Shown here piece by piece: positions 11,532-24,750 of a DNA stretch of 64,000 nucleotides. The notes under the pieces were generated by a model. It did no database searches. It was not told the origin of the DNA and worked only from the letters and a program-made list of their open reading frames with translations. This stretch comes from Amphiscolops sp. MND2022. Taxonomy: Eukaryota. Made by a program: the position numbers and the translations under genes. The stretch lies in assembly GCA_964187785.1 (NCBI GenBank), contig OZ076417.1, positions 43,772,001 to 43,836,000 on the forward strand, written 5' to 3'. The stretch's first letter is position 1. Each line of letters begins with the position of its first letter.

Positions 11532-13534
11532 TGGTAAATCATTTTCAAGGGAAATTTCATAAAGCGATTTTAGTTGTGAAATAGTGCCTCAAGCATAAGG
11601 GAAACGAGAATTTTTCACATTTTAGGAAACTACTGAATATTAGAAGCAGTATACTCGCGGAAGCACCAAGTTTTTACACTGAAATAAAAAACCTACTATT
11701 TCCAACTATCCATCGATATTAAGGACTAGACATTTTGAGTTTGATTGTCCTCACGGAACGTCTTGAAACTTCCAAAAAACATAAAGTCTATATTTAAATG
11801 AGTTTCATCTGCATTTAGTTTGGCAGCGTGTTTTTTTTCGCAGCGAGGACAAGGGAGTGTACCCTAGTCCAGATTCCTTGAACTTTTTACATGCTGCATG
11901 GAAATATGCAGGCTAATTTTTTAAAAAACATGGAAAATTCCGGGACCATGCATGGAAACATTTTGTAGGATTTCAATGCAGTCTCCACTATTTGACTTAA
12001 AACTGAAAACATTTCCACTTCTTCACCGCAGCGATACCTTTGTTTTCACACGTAAGTTTCTCAAGTAAGTACCTTATGTAATCACCGTTTTTCAAAAAGC
12101 ACGCTGAATATGACGCTACTTTGAAACTTATAGTGTGACTGAAGGTTATTTGCAATAAAATTGCGGTAAAACTGACGAAGTTCTCAGCTGCTTACAAAAT
12201 AGAACGGTGTCTTAGTGAAACCTGCAAAACTTTGCGGCGCCGAAATGCCGCTAAATTTAGGATGCATCTTATAGGCAGCTTGATAAAATTTAATCAAATC
12301 AGTGAAGTTTTAATGCAAAGACGTTTCTCAGAGAATTTTATAAAATGACGGAAAATTAGCTTGGTAACCTAGAAAAACATGTGAAAAGATTCAGCAGTTA
12401 AATCCAGGGTAATGAAGTTGGTTTCTTCAAGAATGCTTAACGTGGAGTTTAAATTGGTAAGATATCAGTGTTGTGGTCTTGCGGAAGGCTGTGGAGGGTA
12501 CAAGAAGTACCAATTCTGTGATTAAATATCAAAAAGCGGTCTCTCTTTTGGGAGAAATGTTGCAAGTGATGTTTCACCAGATCAAGTATTTCTGTTACAA
12601 AGCGATCGTTAGGGCATGTGAAGGAAATCATGCGAATATTCGTCTGAATAATCTGGTATACAAAATTACCTCAGGTGAGGTTTTTAGGAATGCGTTTCGA
12701 ATTAAAATATCTGGTCAGGAGTAGATTGAATGGTAAGGGGCGTATTGGGTTTAACGGAGCAGTGTGTTGAAGTGGAGCATTTCGTATTTCATTAGCGATA
12801 GTAGTTGAAGGATTATATTTATACTGTTATCTAAGTTTGTATGTACAGAAATTTGAGAAAATGGAATATGAAATATAATTAGGAATGTACGCAAGAGACA
12901 AAATTCGTGACTTCATCTGGTATATTCGAAGGAAAAAAGAAATCGTCACTCATAACGAGACATTTTTGACGAACAATATTTGAGCGATTTGAATTTTTGT
13001 AGGGATTTATTGTAATACAATGTTTGACAAGGTCATGAATACGTATTGAACCGACAGTTGCGTTGTCATCAATGGTGGAGGGTAATGGAAGGCTGAAATT
13101 TGAAAATTTTGGTTTTTTTTTAAAAAAAAAGTTTTGAAGACATTTTTCTTCAAGAACGAGCGTGCATGTTTGGTGGTGTTATTCACGAAAGGAAAGTTTT
13201 TAGGTCGTTGAGGTTGGTATAAGGAGTTTATTTGGGTATCAGTGGTATCATTAGAAATGTCGGTTGTAGAAAGTCTAGTACATTGCGTTAGAGTTGGTTG
13301 TGTCGAGTTTAAGATTGTGGGAGGAGTGATTTCTATTATATTTGATTGTATAGAGTTGGCAGACGAAAGGCAATATAATAAAAAGTTACTTCTCAAAACT
13401 TGAAGATAACATTTTTCCTTTGAATTTTGCCTATATTTCAAGATAATTTGAGTTGTTGAGTTATTTCAAGTTGAGTTGTTTGAAGCAAGAAGTTGATAGA
13501 GTTGAATGCACGGAAGAACAGCAGAGAGAACATT

Positions 13535-15203
13535 TGTTACGACTACTACACATGTCGTTGTTTTGGGTAGAATTAATCCTAACTGATTTTGTAGGAGTGT
13601 AGAAGCTCCTCGTTTCATTCTCTGCTTCCTCCTCAGTGTTCTCTCTTACGTTTTCCCTTGTTTCATGTTTTAGAAGCTTTAACATCTCCTTCTGGGACTC
13701 TACAAGGAGATTCTTGATTTCAGAAGTGATATCTTTTTTCAAAGAAGCTCTTAAACTTTCCAAGAAACTACCTTCAATCCTGGGGATTTCGGTTTAGACG
13801 GTCCCACTACGCCTACGTCTTTGTCTAAAGGACAAGAATTTTCCACTACAACTGGTGAAACAAAATCTTCACTTACACTTTCATTAGCCTCTTCCTAGTT
13901 GTTCCTTCTCTTTTGGCTCCTTGTAGTCGACATTTTGATGAAGAAAGATTTGGTCCAGATGAATTTAATATATCTTTTAGAGATTTTTCAACAAAGTTGA
14001 GGTGAGACAAACAAGTTAAAGAGCAACTAGTTTCTGCAATTAGAAAAGACTGAGTCCCTTAATCATCAGAATGCATCGTATTTATACCCTCCTAGCATCA
14101 TTTGATCAGGACTATATTCCTAATTTCCTTCGAACAATTAGTCATTTCCTGTTTTTTCGGTGAAAAAATCATTATGATCCCAAATTTGCGTCGACATTTC
14201 GTCAAATTTTAAGGCACGGCAATCTTAATCTGGTAATAGTCATCAACCATGATCATATCATTTCATTCCGGCGTCCTTTTGTTTCCTCCCAAGAGGGAAG
14301 TAGATATTACTTCAGTCTGTCAAACCGGAAATTATTCCCTGTTTTACTGCTTTGGTTCGCGGGAAATTGACGCTAAGATGACGCTGGCGTGACCAACTAA
14401 TACCTGATTTTGAAATTCAACTTGAGAAAATATGACTAAATGTCGTGAATTTGGCAATTTGGTGATGTTAAGAGAGTAAAAGGGTCAAGTTTTCGTTAAG
14501 TGTTCTCAATTAAAATGATTAGTTCACCTTAATAATATTGCATCCAAGTTGGCACAATTATGACTTGACGCATTAAAAGCGTCGAATTATAATAACTTCA
14601 ACAGCAACATTAAACTGTAACAGTAATATTAAGCAATAATACACTTGATTAGAGTCTCAAATATGTAGTCAGAACAACACCAATTAAAGTCGTATCAAAA
14701 CGACACAAGCGCAGCACTTCAAAATATGGTTCTTTTTCCAAAATATTAAAGCATTGAACTTCTTTGGGACGTCAAGACGACGTTTGTATGTATGAAATAG
14801 CGCCAGGAGTTTACATTGAGTATTACAAAACACACAATTGTGAGGTGTTCTTTAGGATAAACTGTGACTTCTATCTCAAATGATGTGGAAAAGTTTCATT
14901 CCAAGTAAGTCTTAGTAATAATATCTAAGTTAGAGATTTATTTGACGACAGTTGGACGTTATTTTAAATGTTTTTCTTCCTATCCTATTCTGGTTGAACG
15001 AGGACTGATCGACTCTTCCGTTCCTAAATCATTAGATCACCGATTATTTCATTATTCTAGTTGGACTAAAACGGTTATTACGGTGGATTTTTGACGCAGT
15101 GTTGACGAAGATTCAGACTGAAAGCTAGTTAGCTGACGTAGGCTTGACGCATCGTTGACCAGTATTTGGAATAAAATTCTGACTAGTTACCAGCATCGTG
15201 ACG
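13535..15203 (-). mobile_element. Solo LTR related to the 5914-7600 LTR (right boundary approximate)
   Basis: Ends GTCGTAACA at 13535 with no PBS after it. Shares ETRSFYTP(T/N)KSVRINSTQNND coding remnant, ataccctcctagcatca, ctaatacctgattttga, ataaa(c/t)tgtgactt and the TGACG cluster with LTR 1. No TSD found. Confidence 0.75.
14045..14086 (-). promoter_or_regulatory. Candidate LTR TATA box and initiator
   Basis: TATAAATA at 14086-14079 and TCAGTC about 30 nt downstream on the minus strand. The equivalent TATATA is at ~6439-6444 in LTR 1. Confidence 0.4.
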
Positions 15204-18200
15204 TCACAATGGCGGAAAATTGGAATGTTTTCTAATAAGGCAATTAATGTAGGCAGATATTCGGAACGAGGCAGTGACGTCAATTGGTATACCTTCAAAA
15301 CTTGTCTGCGTCTTACTGACGACAAATATACATGTTTCCTTATTTCTACCGCTGTCTTGTTTATTTATCGCAGTTTTGCCGTCCTAAAATCACACTAACT
15401 ACTGTTCAAAGTGTAATTAAGCTGCCTTTCTTGGAAACGGCTTAATTTTCTCGGCGTGCCATCTCAATGTATTTTGTATTTTAGATCTGATTGATATTCT
15501 TTTTGGAGATGAATTTGGATATGTTTTCATTTAGATTAGCTTAAGATCTTTATTTTAGGACATGTTTTAATTTAGTTTTCAGATGGCAAATGTTTCTATT
15601 TTGGCGTGACTAAAACGTCTTACCGGAAATGCGTGTATATCATTTTAGTTCATTTGTTCTCTTTTTCCATTTTGGCTGGAAACTTGCGTAAAGTAGACGA
15701 ATGTTTTGCATTTTCAGTTTATTTTAAGTTAGTTTTAAGTTTACCAGTTAAAATAGGACTTTGGAAATCTCAGATTACCTCCGTGTCCCCTTCCGATTCT
15801 CAGTCGTCGACAACCACATGCAAGACCGGGAGTGGGCTGTCACAACATTTACAACATTTGTGGTCGAAATGACAGAAAAAATTGTTTTGGGAGGGCTCTC
15901 AGGAGATTGGCTAAGAATGGAATTAACAGTGTTTAGTGGGAAGTCAATAGGATTAATTTGTGGTGCCAAGTTTGTTCAAAGGAAGTAGAGACGTCGTTAC
16001 TGTCATGACAAAAAGGGGTTTCAATATTAGAGTATTGTTTCAAAACGGATTGGGTTTTTTAAAGGAGGGCCCATGAAAATTAAGGCCTATAAAATCGCAA
16101 AAAGAAAAAAAGTGATTTTATTAGGCGTGAGTTAGTTTTGAGTTGTGTCATCGTCTAACACGTCTAGGAGTGAGAGGTCAAAGAAAGATGCTGAGGACTT
16201 TTATCTTCATTAGGAGTTGGTGTTATTGAAAGGTTATCTTTCCATTCCATGTTTGTTGTTGGTTCCAGTAATTTTGATGTTAGTGTAATGGGGGTTATTT
16301 TAATAGCTTGGAATGCGTGTGGTTTATTATGGTCATCATCGGAATCTGAGCCAATGATGTTTACCATTGTTTGAATACTTGTCCGAATGCAGAGAAGAAG
16401 GATCTTTGTTTTTTAGGAATGCTTTATGCAGTGAGTGATTTGTAGATACTAAGGAGTGCTTTGAGAAGTATTTGAATGAAGAGCGCAGTATTTGAATGAT
16501 CCGTGACAAATCGGAAAATATTTCTTTCTGCACATAAAGCAGTTGAAAGAAAAATTTTCCTTTTCATTTTTAACATAGTTTTCCCGGATCTTTTCAGTTT
16601 TGAGCGAAATCGCCTCTAGATGTTGAAACACTCTTCGTGTCCGTTTTCCGACATTTAATTTTTGTTTTTCCCCATTTTTAACAACACGACAAACTTCACT
16701 TCCGACTCCAGTATGGTGAATGAAACTTTGGCTCCCTTGTTTCCCCACACCACAGTGAAAATTTTTGAAACAAATGTTTGAAATACTTCTGAATGAGCCT
16801 CATTAAATGTGAATTTTTAGGCAGCGCTTTTTGAAGAAACGACCCGATTATAGCACTGGTTTTTTAAGACTGGCGAGCTGACAGATTTTATATGTTTCTA
16901 TATGTTCTTACTTATTAACTTGTAACTTCTACAGCCACTGGGCACAGAAGTTGGATCGGATTTTTTGTGGTCTCAGAATCAAAAGGACGTGAGTTCGGGT
17001 CTCACACTCAACCAAAAGATTTTATGCTTGCAAAAGTAAAGCGAAGACCAAAGGGTCCCATCTTTGGGTTGTTTTCGGCACTATGCGACTTTTTTCTGAA
17101 ATTTAATTCGGAAGTCAACCCTTTTTATTTTTAGCAGAAACAAATTGTGATGCGAGCAAAGAGAGCCTCCTCAAGTTTTTGGCAGTGTGCGACTTATCAA
17201 ACCCATTTTTTTGAAAAATGGTCTTTTTCTTGACATTTTTGGATTTTTAAAGTTTTCTGTCAAGAAAAAACGTTTCTCAAATCCTAAAGGTGCCATCTTT
17301 GAATATTTGGCCCTGCGAGACTGAGTTTTCGCAAAACTTCTGGAAAAGACCAACGGTTTTTTCGGCACCGTGCGACGTATTCAAAAATATTTTTCCGGTC
17401 AAAGTGTACCTACGCTTACACTTTGTGAAAAAAATTGGTTCATCTTGCGAACTTGAAGGGTCTCCTTTGGCGTTTTTCGCAATTATGAGATGTTTTCCGG
17501 ACAGAAAACACTTTCGACACTTTTTAAAGGCGTTTTTGATGTTTCGAGCTAGGGTAGAAGCGTTTTGCGAGTCTTATGCGTATCCTTCCTGGAATATTTT
17601 TGTGCGGTAAATTTGATAAACATTTTTGCAATACTGTCCCTCTGCATACTTAAAAGACTTTGTTTTTTAAACTTGAGCGTTGCGCCAGTTAGGACGTTCC
17701 CGGCTTGTTTCCATAACAAGAGTTTAACTTCTATTGAGATAGTTTTTAGTGTGAGATTATTTTTCAAACATTTAAACTGATATTGAAGTTTTTGACCTTG
17801 TGACTCGTTCTCATTATTGACTTGCTAAAACGAGTTTTGGAACGAGCAAACGATATCCCAGCTGATACCAATTCTTTTTCCTTAGCTTACCCTTTCTTCT
17901 TGAAATTTCACCTCACAAGGCTTGTTTTTGGTATTTTAAAGCGCATTTAGTATAGTTGTCAGTTTTGCCACTAGAATCTCTTCTCACTTCATTCACAAAC
18001 AGTTTATAAATCAATTATATCAGTTTAAATATCCATGATTCGGGCAAAAATGGAGAGATGGTGTAACTTGACGAAGTTGAGAATCACACATCAAAGAACT
18101 ATAAAAACTACTAGGAATCTAAGAACCAGAAAGACAGTGTAAATGTCTTGTGGTTCTTTGAAAACTTTCTTGAAAGTTCTAAAGCAATCTGAGCAACCAA

Positions 18201-19533
18201 CCTTCCGTATCCATTAGCAAAATAACTGCGGTACTGCAGTTTGATTCCAATTTGCCCTGACAAAATTAGAGCAATTCAGGTTGAGAAAAATCAGTACAAT
18301 AGGAAGCCACGAGAAGTGAAACTCAAGCAATGGTGAACACTTCTACAATCGCAGTCTAATGATTTCGGAGTTACAAACCCACAAAACTGGTGCAATTTGC
18401 AATGCTTGTTGATCAAGTTAAAAGCGTTGTCAATTGACGTCAGTTTGTTGGAATAGCTGAGATGAAAAGCAACGAATTTTAGAAAAAACAGTCAATCGAT
18501 GGTACGAGATTAAAAACTTGAGCAATGATTGAAAATACATCTAACATAAAAAAATTGATATTGAAGTTTGGAACCTCAAGACTTGCGGAAACTTAGAATT
18601 GTTAATGAAGCTAAAATTTTGCATTTTGCAAGCTAAAATTAATGTAATTTTGTCAAGCAAGATGAATAGAAAACAACAGTAAGAAATAAAAAAAACAGTA
18701 AACAACATCGAATGTATATCCGTCAATCACTAAAACTAGAGAAAAATACCATCAATGGTGAAAGTTACTTCAAATGTAGATTGTTTAAAAAAAACAAAAC
18801 TTAAAAACTTGCTGCAATTTCCACTGCACCTTGATCAAGCTAAACGCGTCAAAGTTTGATGTCAACATATCATGAAATAGAAAAACAACAGAAGGAAATA
18901 TTTGAAAAAGACAAGCTATAAATAAACTCCGAACAAAGTTTAAAATTACTCCAAAGAACGATTGTTGTTGTTGAAAATTGCAACTCAGAAAATTTGCAGA
19001 AACTTGCAACGCTAACAACTCTTCTTTCTGTTTTTGGGGGCGTATACCCTAGAGCTGTAAAGCTCCTTTCTGCGTCCCGGTCAGATATGTGTCCTCATAT
19101 GAATAAATATAAATTTGTTTTGTGTTTTAGTTCATACTATAATATTCATCTGACCAAGTCAATTCAAATATTCAATTCAAACGCATGGTTATCAAAATTA
19201 CACCGCCGCAGTTGAAGTTGGCTTCCGTATAGCGGTATTCCACTCATAAAAAAAGCAAAGAAAAATCAGTCAAACAAGAAGCCACGAAAATTTCACAGAA
19301 GTCAAACAAAACTTTGTCTAGAAGAGCACAGAAGACACTTCAAAGACTACCTCTTTGTGATTGGGTTCCGACGACAAGCTAGAGGATTAATGACCCTGTT
19401 TTCCCAACAATTGAACAAAAAATTGACTGCTAGAGACTTTAGGCTCATGATTTTTTTAGTAAAATATCCTGCAAAACTCTCGATTTAATTACAATATCAA
19501 TAGTTTATTAAGTAGTTTCTGAAAACAAAAGCC

Positions 19534-22345
19534 GCATGTGCGGTAAAGGAGTCGGATTAGGTCTTTTTCCTTCTGATTCGCTCGAATCCCATTCATGCCA
19601 TTTGGATGAAATTGCACATATTAGGCCCTTATATGGCGTAGAAAGACTCCAGTTATTTCAAAACGTACTGCTTGAGAAAATTGAAAAGTCTAAAACTGGC
19701 CATTTTTTGGTCATTTTTGGACTAACTTTGGCTTTGTTTCTCAGATCCCACCCATACAATTTTGATGCCTGGCACATATAGAACTCTAATATGGCGTAGA
19801 ATAACTGAGGAAAATTTCGTTCGAATCGTAAGAACAGTTTGAGAAAATCGAAAGAACAATGGTTTTTCGGTCATTTCTGGGTTAATTTTGGAAATGTTTC
19901 TCACATAACAGTCATACTATTTTGATGCCATTGTGCACGCAGCAGCTCCTTTGGGTGTGAAATGACTGCAAAACTTATGGAAATCATATGAAGTTTTTGA
20001 AAAATTTTCATTGAAAGGTCTTGAATCCAAACTTCTCATATATTTCAATGAAAATGAATCTTAGACATCATTACAGAAGAAGAATTGCTTTCGAACTTGA
20101 AAATCCAGAACATAGAAAAAAATGTTGGAGAGATTACCGTTTCAATTAACACTGATCTGATGGTCATTTTATTAATATTAGGTCAATGAACAACTGATTT
20201 TTATCCACACTGCCTTTTAAATAGAATATATTGTTTAATATCTATATTTAAAGGGAATTCAGTGTTTTTTTAGGTCGGGAGAAAAACCAGAGCAGCATAT
20301 GCGGTAGTAAAGGAGTCGCTTAGGTTTTTTTCCTTCTGACTCGCTCGAATCCTAGTCATACGAATTTATTGAAATTGCACACATAGGACCATATTAAGGT
20401 GTAGAATGACTATGAATGAATTTTGTTCGAATCGTATGGAAAGTTTTTAACAAAATCGAAAAAAGTCAAAAAATGAATATTTTGGGCCATTTTTGGGTTA
20501 TCTTTGGCTGTTTCTCACATCCCAACCATATGATTTTGATACCATTGCACATATAGGACTCTAATATGGTGTAGAATAACTAGAAAATTTCGTTCGAATC
20601 GTATGGACAGTTTTTGAGAAAATGGGAAAAGTCCAAAAATGGTTTAATTTGGCTATATTTCTCACATCCCAGTCATACGATTTTGATGCCTTTGCGCACG
20701 CAGGGGCCCCTTTGGGTGTAGAATGACTGCAAAACTTATGGAAATCATATGAAGTTTTTGAAAAATTTTCATTGAAAGGTCTTGAATCCAAACTTCTCAT
20801 ATATTTCAATGAAAATGAATCTTAGACATCATTACAGAAGAAGAATTGCTTTCGAACTTGAAAATCCAGAACATAGAAAAAAATGTTGGAGAGATTACCG
20901 TTTCAATTAACACTGATCTAATGGTCATTTTATTAATATTAGGTCAATGAATAACTGATTTTTATCCACACTGCCTTTTAAACAGAATATATTGCTTAAT
21001 ATCTATATTTAAAGGGAATTCAGTGTTTTTTTAGGTCGGGAGAAAAACCAGAGCAGCATATGCGGTAGTAAAGGAGTCGCTTCGGTTTTTTTCCTTCTGA
21101 CTCGCTCGAATCCTAGTCATACGAATTTATTGAAATTGCACACATAGGACCATATTAAGGTGTAGAATGACTGTATGAATAAATTTTGTTCGAATCGTAT
21201 AGAAAGTTTTTAACAAAATCGAAAAAAGTCAAAAAATGAATATTTTGGGACATTTTTGGGTTATCTTTGGCTGTTTCTCACATCCCAACCATATGATTTT
21301 GATACCATTGCACATATAGGACTCTAATATGGCGTAGAATAACTGTAGAAAATTTCGTTCGAATCGTATGAACAGTTTGAGAAAACCGAAAAAACAATGG
21401 TTTTTCGGTCATTTCTGGGTTAATTTTGGAAATGTTTCTCACATAACAGTCATACTATTTTGATGCCATTGTGCACGCAGCAGCTCCTTTGGGTGTGAAA
21501 TGACTGCAAAACTTATGGAAATCATATGAAGTTTTTGAAAAATTTTCATTGAAAGGTCTTGAATCCAAACTTCTCATATATTTCAATGAAAATGAATCTT
21601 AGACATCATTACAGAAGAAGAATTGCTTTCGAACTTGAAAATCCAGAACATAGAAAAAAATGTTGGAGAGATTACCGTTTCAATTAACACTGATCTAATG
21701 GTCATTTTATTAATATTAGGTCAATGAATAACTGATTTTTATCCACACTGCCTTTTAAATAGAATATATTGTTTAATATCTATATTTAAAGGGAATTCAG
21801 TGTTTTTTTAGGTCGGGAGAAAAACCAGAGCAGCATATGCGGTAGTAAAGGAGTCGCTTATGTTTTTTTCCTTCTGACTCGCTCGAATCCTAGTCATACG
21901 AATTTATTGAAATTGCACACATAGGACCATATTAAGGTGTAGAATGACTGTATGAATGAATTTTGTTCGAATCGTATAGAAAGTTTTTAACAAAATCGAA
22001 AAAAGTCAAAAAATGAATATTTTGGGCCATTTTTGGGTTATCTTTGGCTGTTTCTCACATCCCAACCATATGATTTTGATACCATTGCACATATAGGACT
22101 CTAATATGGTGTAGAATAACTGTAGAAAATTTCGTTCGAATCGTATGGACAGTTTTTGAGAAAATGGGAAAAGTGCAAAAATGGTTTAATTTGGCTATAT
22201 TTCTCACATCCCAGTCATACGATTTTGATGCCTTTGCGCACGCAGGGGCCCCTTTGGGTGTAGAATGACCGTGCAAAATTTCATTAGAACCGGATGGACA
22301 GTTTTTGAAAAATTTGAAGTTTTCATTGAAAGGTCGGGAGAAAAA
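19534..22345. repeat. Tandem array of ~760-780-bp units (~3.7 copies), each built from ~150-bp subrepeats plus a ~258-bp block
   Basis: Anchor gcat(a/g)tgcggt..aaaggagtcg at 19534, 20295, 21056 and 21833. Subrepeat attgcacatatagga..gtagaataac..ttcgttcgaatcgta recurs about three times per unit. Confidence 0.92.
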
Positions 22346-22899
22346 AACCGACACGATTGCATAAGTAGTCGAAATTTTTTTCCGACTCCTAAAAACGTCA
22401 CGATTGCATATGTAGTCGAAAATTTTTCCGGCTCCTAAAAGCAGTTTCAATTTCAAAGGGGAATTGCAATGAGAGAAATTGAAAATCTTGATTCAGCCTG
22501 AATATCAAAGTTTTCCACCTGATTTTCACTCGAAGGAAACGCCGAGAGAAAAACGGAAGGAGACATTTTCCGCTACTTTCTATGTTTTAAAAAGTATAAA
22601 AGTCGTCGTAGAGTTCTGAACTAGAAACAAGAATCTGAATATATGTGAACAACTCCAGTTAGAAGACATCGTGCAATTTTGTATTTCAGCGGGAGATAAT
22701 CAAGAACTTCTGATGTTTACATATGAATCTTGTCTCTACCAACTTCTATGAGAAGAAACGATTGAAACTATTAACTCTTCGTGTCACTCAGCCTCAAAAG
22801 TCAAGAGGCAAAATGCGGCCGTAATCAATCAACTTCAACTAAGATTGCTGTCAATATTGACGAGAAGTCACTGGCCATAAACAGACAGTGAAAAGCGAA

Positions 22900-24750
22900 T
22901 GATGGCAATAGAAGTCAAGCAGAAGGACAATTTTTTTCCAGTGAACCCCAACGCCACGCAGTCAGAACTCAACTGTCACAGAGGAGAAGCGAGTAAAAAA
23001 CTGAAACTCAGACACAAACTTTCTCTTGGCACATTTGCAAAAGTTCTTGCTGCTTTTCCAAAGCTGAGTAGGGTTAAGTTTGAAGTTGAGCGAAAGTACA
23101 CATGGATATAATAACTTTTATACAAATTTCCTGGAAAACTCTTGAGAACAGTTCAGAAAAATAAATTCAATTGAGCTCGACGAAAAAATCTGAACTGTTA
23201 ACTTTTGTGACATACAAGGATTTACCATTCGTGTTTCGGTTACTACGCACTGCTTAGCGAGCAAGGAATTAGAAAATTCTGAACTTGGTTAATGTTGCGA
23301 AGTCATTTTGGAGAAGCGTATTCGTTAGTCTTTTGGAGAACAATTATTTTTGCGATCCAAAGAAACGTCATTATATGTAAAACAATTTGATATCACAAGG
23401 TCAAGATTCACGAAGCTTCAACAATTTGAGTGTCTTTTGACATTTTTGACGACACGGAAAAACATTGTCGTACCAGAATGTACAGCCAAGTTAAAAACGT
23501 TGTTTCCAGAAAACTACTTAGAACATTTTGCTGAACAATTTGAAGCCCGGCTCCTTTTATTGAAGTTAAAGACAGCACTTCTTGATAGAATCCACCTGAT
23601 GACACAACTGAGAAATTTGCTGGTGAGAACCCAAAATGAGAGAAAAGGTCGCGAAGGTTGAAGTAAACCCGTGAAATGTCTAGATTCAAAATCGTTTGGA
23701 TTGTAATGTTCAGTTAAAACAAAGGAACCTAACGGTACTGAAACATCAAATTTTTGCCATGTTGTTTTCAAAGGCCTTGAATGTCCCCGTATCCATGAAC
23801 TTTCGAATGAACTCACAGCTTTCGAGAGAACTGACAAAAAAGCATGTGAGACTTTTTGATGAGAACAGAACTTCGAATTATTGTAACAGATGTTGGAAAA
23901 ACCGTTAGCGTTGAGAAATGCTATACTACGCAACTTTAAAAAGTTCGCCGAAACATTTTGCGAAAGTTGTAAAGGTTTTCGAAGCTTCACACGATGCTGA
24001 AACTTTAGCAGATCTGAAAAGAGCTGTTTTGAATTTAACAGTGACAAATACCGAGGTATCAATGACCAAGCTAGGATTCCACTTAAGAACTGAAATGTTT
24101 CAAGTGCGGTGAAATTGGCCACAGACAGTGAATGCAGAACACAAAGTTCGACTGTGAAAACTAGAAGTATATGTGGACAAAGAACGAAGCCACCCGGTAG
24201 ATAAATTGAAGGTACAAGGAGCATCTTGTCTTGCGATTTCGACTCGCCGGAGTCCCAGAAAAATGAAACACTCGCACATCATAGCGTTTATGTCGATAAA
24301 GAATTACAGAAAAGCATCGACGACGATTTTTCTACACTAATGTGGCACAGTACATTGACAGCGAAATACGAATCTTTACAGAAAAATGAAGTGTATAGTA
24401 AACCGATAAATACAGGTAAAAGGAAATTTGCACTTGCGAGGATCAGTGAAGATGAAACTATCAAGCACAAAGCAAGATACATAGCCAGATGATTCAAACT
24501 ATAGCGAGGTGTTGACTATGATCAAGCATATATTCTGACTGCAAAAATTGTAACAGGTGGATCTTTAATCAGTTCAGCCGTTGAAAAAGACAATTGAAAG
24601 TTAGACGAAAGCGCAGACAAAGAGAAACATAGGCGCGACAGCGCTTGGATTCGAGCAGAAACGTTCAATGGTGTGAAGAAGCTACGATATGTGCATATTG
24701 CAGGAGCCACAGCCATTCGAACTTATATGTTCTTAGATCAGGAAGTTTTG
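22900..24750 (+). mobile_element. Highly degenerate Ty1/copia retrotransposon remnant (boundaries approximate)
   Basis: RT-like YESLQKNEVY..EDETIKHKARYIAR..RGVDYDQAY (24360-24530) resembles the copia RYKARLVARG..GVDYxETF motif. Weaker integrase-like NGTE (~23730) and IYHSCFGY (WHxRLGH-like, ~23220) occur upstream, in copia order. Confidence 0.55.

Noticed and set aside
13531-15210. Treating 5914-7600 and 13535-15203 as the two LTRs of one element enclosing the GPCR
   Set aside because: The internal gag-pol region lies left of LTR 1, not between the LTRs. The two LTRs are strongly diverged, and neither PBS nor PPT faces the intervening DNA.
16750-19500. Short ORFs and A/T-run-rich sequence here (and similarly at 24800-26300)
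   Set aside because: No recognisable domains, splice-consistent exons or bounded repeats that I could support.
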